Made by a program: the position numbers and the translations under genes. Positions 59,598-64,000 of a stretch of DNA of 64,000 nt are shown here, piece by piece. Every line of letters begins with the position of its first letter. Within the stretch, counting starts at the first letter, position 1. Origin of the DNA: Acidobacteriota bacterium (lineage in GTDB: Bacteria > Acidobacteriota > Thermoanaerobaculia > Multivoradales > Multivoraceae); the NCBI GenBank assembly GCA_011525365.1, contig WTGQ01000002.1, positions 473,064 through 537,063 on the forward strand, read 5' to 3'. The notes beneath the pieces are model-generated. The model saw only the letters and a list, made by a program, of their open reading frames with translations, did no database searches and was not told where the DNA came from.

Positions 59598-60374
59598 TCA
59601 GCGACGGTCTTGCGCGGCTACCACGAGGGCGATCGAATCGCTCTGCCGCAGGGGGTGTCCCGGAAGCGGGTATTGACGCAGGATGATCCCGGCTGGGACG
59701 CCTTCGTAGGGTTCGTACTTTACCCTTCCGAGCCGGAATCCGCGCGTCTCGAAGAAGTCGCGGACCGGCTCCTCGGGCAGGTCGATCAGGTCAGGCATGA
59801 CGTACATCGCGCCGGGGTTGGCCAGGCTGACCATCAGGTCGACCTGGGACGAGGGGTCGATCGGGCTGCCGGCGGGGGGATCCTGCCGGACGACGGTGCC
59901 CGGTTCACCGGACTCGGCGAACACGCTCCTGCTCCTGCCCATTTGCAGCCCCGAGGCCGTGAGACTTACCTGGGCCGTCTGCAGAACCTGGCCGCTCAGG
60001 TCCGGCGTCTCGACGAGCTCCCGACCCCGCGAAAGGTAGACGACCACGCCGCTGCCCTCCTTGACCGAGCTGCCGGCGGGAGGGTCCTGTCGGAGCACGT
60101 GGCCCGCTGGAACCGCCTCGTCGTGACGGTCGTCCTCCACCCGCTGCAGTACCAGGCCCGCGGTGGCGAGGCCGGCTTCGGCCTGGCCTTGCTCGAGGCC
60201 GACCACGTCGGGTACGGCGATGACGCCGCTGCGGACGAAGTTCGAGAGCGCCAGGTAGGACGAGGCGCCCAGCAGCGCGACGAGCAGGCCCCCGTAGGCG
60301 GCGAAGAGGACGCCCCGTTTGAGCCAGGGGTGGCGAACTGCCTTGCCGATCCAGTCAAGGAGCTTGCCGGCCAT
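59598..60374 (-). CDS. Membrane-anchored PASTA-domain protein (three PASTA repeats, no kinase domain)
   Basis: An N-terminal TM is followed by three ~65-aa repeats, each starting 'VPD/TPD/MPD..G' with the PASTA pattern. Confidence 0.75.
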   Translation of the reverse strand: MAGKLLDWIGKAVRHPWLKRGVLFAAYGGLLVALLGASSYLALSNFVRSGVIAVPDVVGLEQGQAEAGLATAGLVLQRVEDDRHDEAVPAGHVLRQDPPAGSSVKEGSGVVVYLSRGRELVETPDLSGQVLQTAQVSLTASGLQMGRSRSVFAESGEPGTVVRQDPPAGSPIDPSSQVDLMVSLANPGAMYVMPDLIDLPEEPVRDFFETRGFRLGRVKYEPYEGVPAGIILRQYPLPGHPLRQSDSIALVVAAQDRR

Positions 60375-60390
60375 CGTCGTCGAGCCGCCT

Positions 60391-61701
60391 TCAGCGCCCG
60401 AGGCCGGGCAGGTTCTTCACCAGGTCGAAGTAGATCGCGAACAACATGATGGCCACGACCACCACCAGGCCGAACTGGGTGACCAGGTTCTTGATCTGGA
60501 TCGAGAGGTCGCGGCGCAGGACGCTCTCGAGCAGCAGGATGACGAGTTGGCCGCCGTCGAGCATCGGGATCGGCAGCAGGTTCAGGATGCAGAGGTTCAG
60601 GCTGATCAGGGCGATCAGGAACACCAGGTCGCTGAAGCTCCTGCGAGCCGCCTGACCGCTGATCCGGCCAATCTCGATCGGGCCGGCCAGCGCGCTCTGC
60701 GGTGAGACCCGGCGTTCCATCAGGCCGCCCAGGAAGCCGAAGATCTCGGTCGTCGTTTCCCAGTTGATCCGGGCGCTCTCCACGATCGCCGCGACCGGGC
60801 CGACGCGCTGATAGGAGAAGTGGCTGATCGCGATGCCGGCTCGGCCGACCCCGGCTTCGTTCGCCGGCACGAGTTGCACGACCAGACGGTCCTCGCCGCG
60901 GCCGATCTCGACTCTGACCTCCTCGCCCGCCCGCGGCTCGACGAGCCGGCGGAAGTCGTCGGCGTCGGCGACGGGATGACCGTCGACGGCGTACAGCGTG
61001 TCCCCGTACCGCAGCCCTGCCTGTTCCGCCGGAGTGTCCTCGAATACCTGGCGCACCCGCGGCAGAAGGCTGGCGTAGAGCCCCGCGTCGCCCAGCTCGT
61101 AGCGCGGCATCCGGTGAGGGACGAGCACGGTGCTCAGGGCTTCGCCGTCGCGCTCGAAGTCGATCTCGAGCCGGCGTTCCGGCGACATCAGGATGGTGTT
61201 CGAGAGCTCCCGCCAGTCAGACACGTCCTCGCCGTCCAGGCGCAGGATCACATCCCCCGCCGTGAGCCCGGCTTCGGCCGCGGCCGAATCGGGCGCCACG
61301 GCGCCGATCTCGGTGCTCAGGTCTCGCGGTCCGGCCAGCTCGGTCCCGGCCATCAGTACCGCCGCGATCAGCGCGATCGACAGTACGACGTTCGCCGCCG
61401 GGCCTGCCAGGAGCACGATCACTCGCTGCCAGCGCGGTTTGGCGGTGAAGTCGCCCGCGTCGCCGGTCGGGTTCGTGGCGTCGATTCCCGAGAAGGCGAC
61501 ATAGCCGCCCAGCGGGATCATGGCCAACCGGTACTCCGTGCCGCCGCGCTCGAAGCCCCAAAGCCGGGAACCGATGCCGATGGAGAAGACCCGGACCCGG
61601 ATCCGGAACAGCCTCGCGGCCACGAAGTGCCCCAGTTCGTGGACGAAGATGATCACTCCGACCACGACCAGGAAGGCCAGTATGTTGCTCAGGAAGGTCA
61701 C
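60391..61701 (-). CDS. rseP: RIP metalloprotease RseP (site-2 protease)
   Basis: 'FVHELGHF' is HExxH. A PDZ domain is present. The C-terminal 'LNLLPIPMLDGG' block is present. GTG start chosen 20 aa before HELGH. Confidence 0.9.
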   Translation of the reverse strand: MTFLSNILAFLVVVGVIIFVHELGHFVAARLFRIRVRVFSIGIGSRLWGFERGGTEYRLAMIPLGGYVAFSGIDATNPTGDAGDFTAKPRWQRVIVLLAGPAANVVLSIALIAAVLMAGTELAGPRDLSTEIGAVAPDSAAAEAGLTAGDVILRLDGEDVSDWRELSNTILMSPERRLEIDFERDGEALSTVLVPHRMPRYELGDAGLYASLLPRVRQVFEDTPAEQAGLRYGDTLYAVDGHPVADADDFRRLVEPRAGEEVRVEIGRGEDRLVVQLVPANEAGVGRAGIAISHFSYQRVGPVAAIVESARINWETTTEIFGFLGGLMERRVSPQSALAGPIEIGRISGQAARRSFSDLVFLIALISLNLCILNLLPIPMLDGGQLVILLLESVLRRDLSIQIKNLVTQFGLVVVVAIMLFAIYFDLVKNLPGLGR

Positions 61702-61712
61702 CGCTAGCGATG

Positions 61713-62909
61713 CTAACCGCGAAGCTGCGCGAGGACTTCCCGGGCGTGGCGTCGGCCCCAGGAATCCCACTCCAGGGCCTCGTCGATCGTCGCCGGCTCC
61801 GTGCCGCCGGTTTCCCGCCCGTGGCGGTCGAGCACTTCCGCCACGGCCGGCACGATGGCGGAGAAGGGCGCCGCGCCGCCGAGGAACGCAGCCACCGCCG
61901 TCTCGTTTGCCGCGTTGAGCGCCGCCGGCGCGCCGTTCCCCCGGATGAGCGCCTCGCGGGCGAGGGACGGCGCCGGGAAGACTTCCGGGTCGACTCGTCG
62001 GAACTGAAGCTCGGAGGCCGCCTCCAGCAGTTCACTCAGTCCGTTGGCGGCGCCGTCGTCGGGGCGCGGCCAACGTTCGGGATGGGACAGGGCGTACCGG
62101 ATCGGATACTCCATGTCGTTGGCCGAGATCTGGGCGATCGAGTTGCCGTCCCGGAACTCGACGATCGAGTGAACCAGGGACTGTGGGTGGATCAGGATGT
62201 CGATCCGCGATCCGGGAACGTCGAACAGGTAGCTCGCCTCGATCAGTTCCAGACCCTTGTTCATCAGCGTCGCGGAGTCGACGCTGATCTTGGCCCCCAT
62301 GTTCCAGGTCGGATGGTCCGTCGCCTCGGCCGGCGTGACAGTGTCCAGGGTTGCCGGGTCACGGTCGAGGAACGGACCGCCCGAGGCGGTCAACACGAGG
62401 CGCCTGACCTCGCGGCGCCGACCCGCTCGCAGCGCCTGGTGGATCGCGGCGTGTTCGCTGTCGACCGGCAGGATCTTCGCGTCCGACTCGGCCGCCAGCC
62501 GGCGCAGGTGAGGCCCGGCGGCAACCATCGCCTCCTTGTTCGCCAGCGCCAGGTCGGCGCCTGCGGCAAGGGCCGCCGCGGCGGGCTTGAGACCGGCCGC
62601 GCCGACGATCGCGGTCAGCACGAGGTCGTTGTGGCCGTCCCCGACCGCGTCGACCAGGGCGTCTTCGCCCCAACCGACGTCTGTGCCCGGGGGCAGGTCG
62701 GGACGCAGGCGTCCCGACGCCTGCTCCGTCTCGACGACCACTCGGCGAGGCCGGAACTCGCGCGCCAGCTCCGCGAGCCGCGCGGGCTTCGTGCCCCTTG
62801 CCGCCAGGACGCACACCTGGAGCTTCTCGGGGTGCCGGCGCGCGACGGCGAGGGCCGCCTCGCCGACCGAGCCGGTGGCGCCAAGCACGGCGAGCCTGCG
62901 TACGCTCAC
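61713..62909 (-). CDS. dxr: 1-deoxy-D-xylulose-5-phosphate reductoisomerase
   Basis: 'LAVLGATGSVG', 'DSEHAAIHQ' and 'LTASGGPF' are present. The 5' end overlaps the cdsA 3' end. Confidence 0.93.
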   Translation of the reverse strand: MSVRRLAVLGATGSVGEAALAVARRHPEKLQVCVLAARGTKPARLAELAREFRPRRVVVETEQASGRLRPDLPPGTDVGWGEDALVDAVGDGHNDLVLTAIVGAAGLKPAAAALAAGADLALANKEAMVAAGPHLRRLAAESDAKILPVDSEHAAIHQALRAGRRREVRRLVLTASGGPFLDRDPATLDTVTPAEATDHPTWNMGAKISVDSATLMNKGLELIEASYLFDVPGSRIDILIHPQSLVHSIVEFRDGNSIAQISANDMEYPIRYALSHPERWPRPDDGAANGLSELLEAASELQFRRVDPEVFPAPSLAREALIRGNGAPAALNAANETAVAAFLGGAAPFSAIVPAVAEVLDRHGRETGGTEPATIDEALEWDSWGRRHAREVLAQLRG

Positions 62910-63754
62910 GGCAGGAGCGACGGCGTCGCACCGGCCTGGACGGCGACGTAGCACACAGGCGTCGCCAGCAGGACGCTGTCGAGCCGGTCCAGCAGCCCGC
63001 CATGCCCGGGCAGAAGGGCCCCCGTGTCCTTGACCGCCACCGCCCGCTTGAGCATCGATTCGACCAGGTCTCCGGCCTGTCCCGCGCCACCGCAGAGCAG
63101 CGCCAGGACGGGGACGTCCAGGCCGAGGGCATCGGGACCGCGCCACACCAGGACCACCGCGACGCCGGCGGCGCAACTGGCGGCCAGACCGCTCACCGCG
63201 CCGGCGATCGTCTTCTTCGGGCTGAGCACCGGCGCCAGAGGTCGGCGTCCGAGCAGGCGGCCGCCGTAGTAGGCGCCGATGTCACCGAGGGAGGCGACGA
63301 CCAGTACCCAGAAGAGGAGCACCGGTTCGACGACATGGAGGTTGATCGCGGCGACCAGGAACAGGCCGAGCCAGAGGGCGCCGTAGGTGAACAGCGCCGA
63401 GGTCAGGAGTCGATCGCGGATGTCGGCATGGCTGGCGAGGCCGACCGCCGTCGCCAGGGCGAGCACGAGGGCCGCCGCGGCGAACCAGGTGCCGGCGCCG
63501 GTCAGGCCGGCCGGCAGTTGTACGTCGATCAGTTCGTTCGCGGTCGTGTCGGCCAGGGCGAGGACGCCGACCGCGAGCCAGAGCGCCCAGTTCACGGTCC
63601 GCGAAACGACGATCCGCTGCACCAGCGCGCTGTACTCGGCGGCTGCCACGAGAACCACGAGCGTGACCGCCACTCCGAACAGGACGGGGTCGAGGTATAG
63701 GACGAGGGCGGCTGCCAGCGCCGCGGTCACGACGCCCGTGACGACGCGTTTCAT
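62906..63754 (-). CDS. cdsA: Phosphatidate cytidylyltransferase
   Basis: Multi-TM. 'SPKKTIAG' and 'PGHGGLLDRLDS' are CdsA signatures. Confidence 0.88.
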   Translation of the reverse strand: MKRVVTGVVTAALAAALVLYLDPVLFGVAVTLVVLVAAAEYSALVQRIVVSRTVNWALWLAVGVLALADTTANELIDVQLPAGLTGAGTWFAAAALVLALATAVGLASHADIRDRLLTSALFTYGALWLGLFLVAAINLHVVEPVLLFWVLVVASLGDIGAYYGGRLLGRRPLAPVLSPKKTIAGAVSGLAASCAAGVAVVLVWRGPDALGLDVPVLALLCGGAGQAGDLVESMLKRAVAVKDTGALLPGHGGLLDRLDSVLLATPVCYVAVQAGATPSLLP

Positions 63755-63999
63755 TTGGCGTGATCGTATTCCACGCGGTCCAGGCAAAGGCCCCGGGCCG
63801 GCGCGTTCGGGCCCGCCTCGGCGCGCGGCCGACCAGCGAGCAGCGCGGTCAGATCATCCAGCGATCGGCGGCCGAGGCCGACCTCCAGGGTCGTGCCCAC
63901 CAGGGCGCGAACCATGCCGCGGAGGAACCCGTCGCCGGCGACGCGGAACCGGATCTCGTCTCCCTGTTCGGTCCATCGGGCTTCGCGAATCGTCCGCAC
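63751..63999 (-). CDS. truA: tRNA pseudouridine synthase A, C-terminal fragment (gene continues beyond the window edge)
   Basis: 'FLRGMVRALVGTTLEVGLG...APARGLCLDRVEYD' matches the TruA C-terminus. The ORF is open at the window boundary. Confidence 0.75.
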   Translation of the reverse strand: MRTIREARWTEQGDEIRFRVAGDGFLRGMVRALVGTTLEVGLGRRSLDDLTALLAGRPRAEAGPNAPARGLCLDRVEYDHAK

Positions 64000-64000
64000 C

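Overview
This 64 kb window is a very GC-rich (~70%) bacterial chromosomal segment, densely packed with genes, from a diderm organism. The diderm call rests on BamD, TonB/ExbB/ExbD, TatA, a Tat-signal oxidoreductase, a lytic transglycosylase and type IV pilus genes. Most of it is housekeeping (adhC/frmA, aqpZ, add, gdh, nudC, moaA, purE, rpiB, folC, yebC, ruvC, gatB, rpe, rseP, dxr, cdsA, truA) plus transporters and secreted peptidases. Five things stand out:

- A complete mevalonate-pathway operon that includes isopentenyl phosphate kinase but no phosphomevalonate kinase, with a DtxR-family regulator translationally coupled at its end. The same window also carries dxr, so both MVA and MEP routes are present.
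- A ~175 bp element with 35-nt imperfect terminal inverted repeats, sitting inside the MVA operon between hmgR and mvk.
- A compositionally deviant (lower-GC) ~2.5 kb islet between moaA and idi. It holds a frameshifted two-domain gene (uncharacterised N-domain plus EEP nuclease/phosphatase domain), a small coiled-coil membrane protein and an orphan HicB-like gene.
- An orphan MT-A70-family N6-adenine methyltransferase next to a DUF2277-like gene.
- A minor-pilin/PilY1 cluster (pilD, pilV-like, pilW-like, and a PilX-N-terminus/PilY1-like fusion).

Almost all of the many long ORFs antisense to real genes are high-GC artefacts. I found no tRNA, rRNA or CRISPR array.
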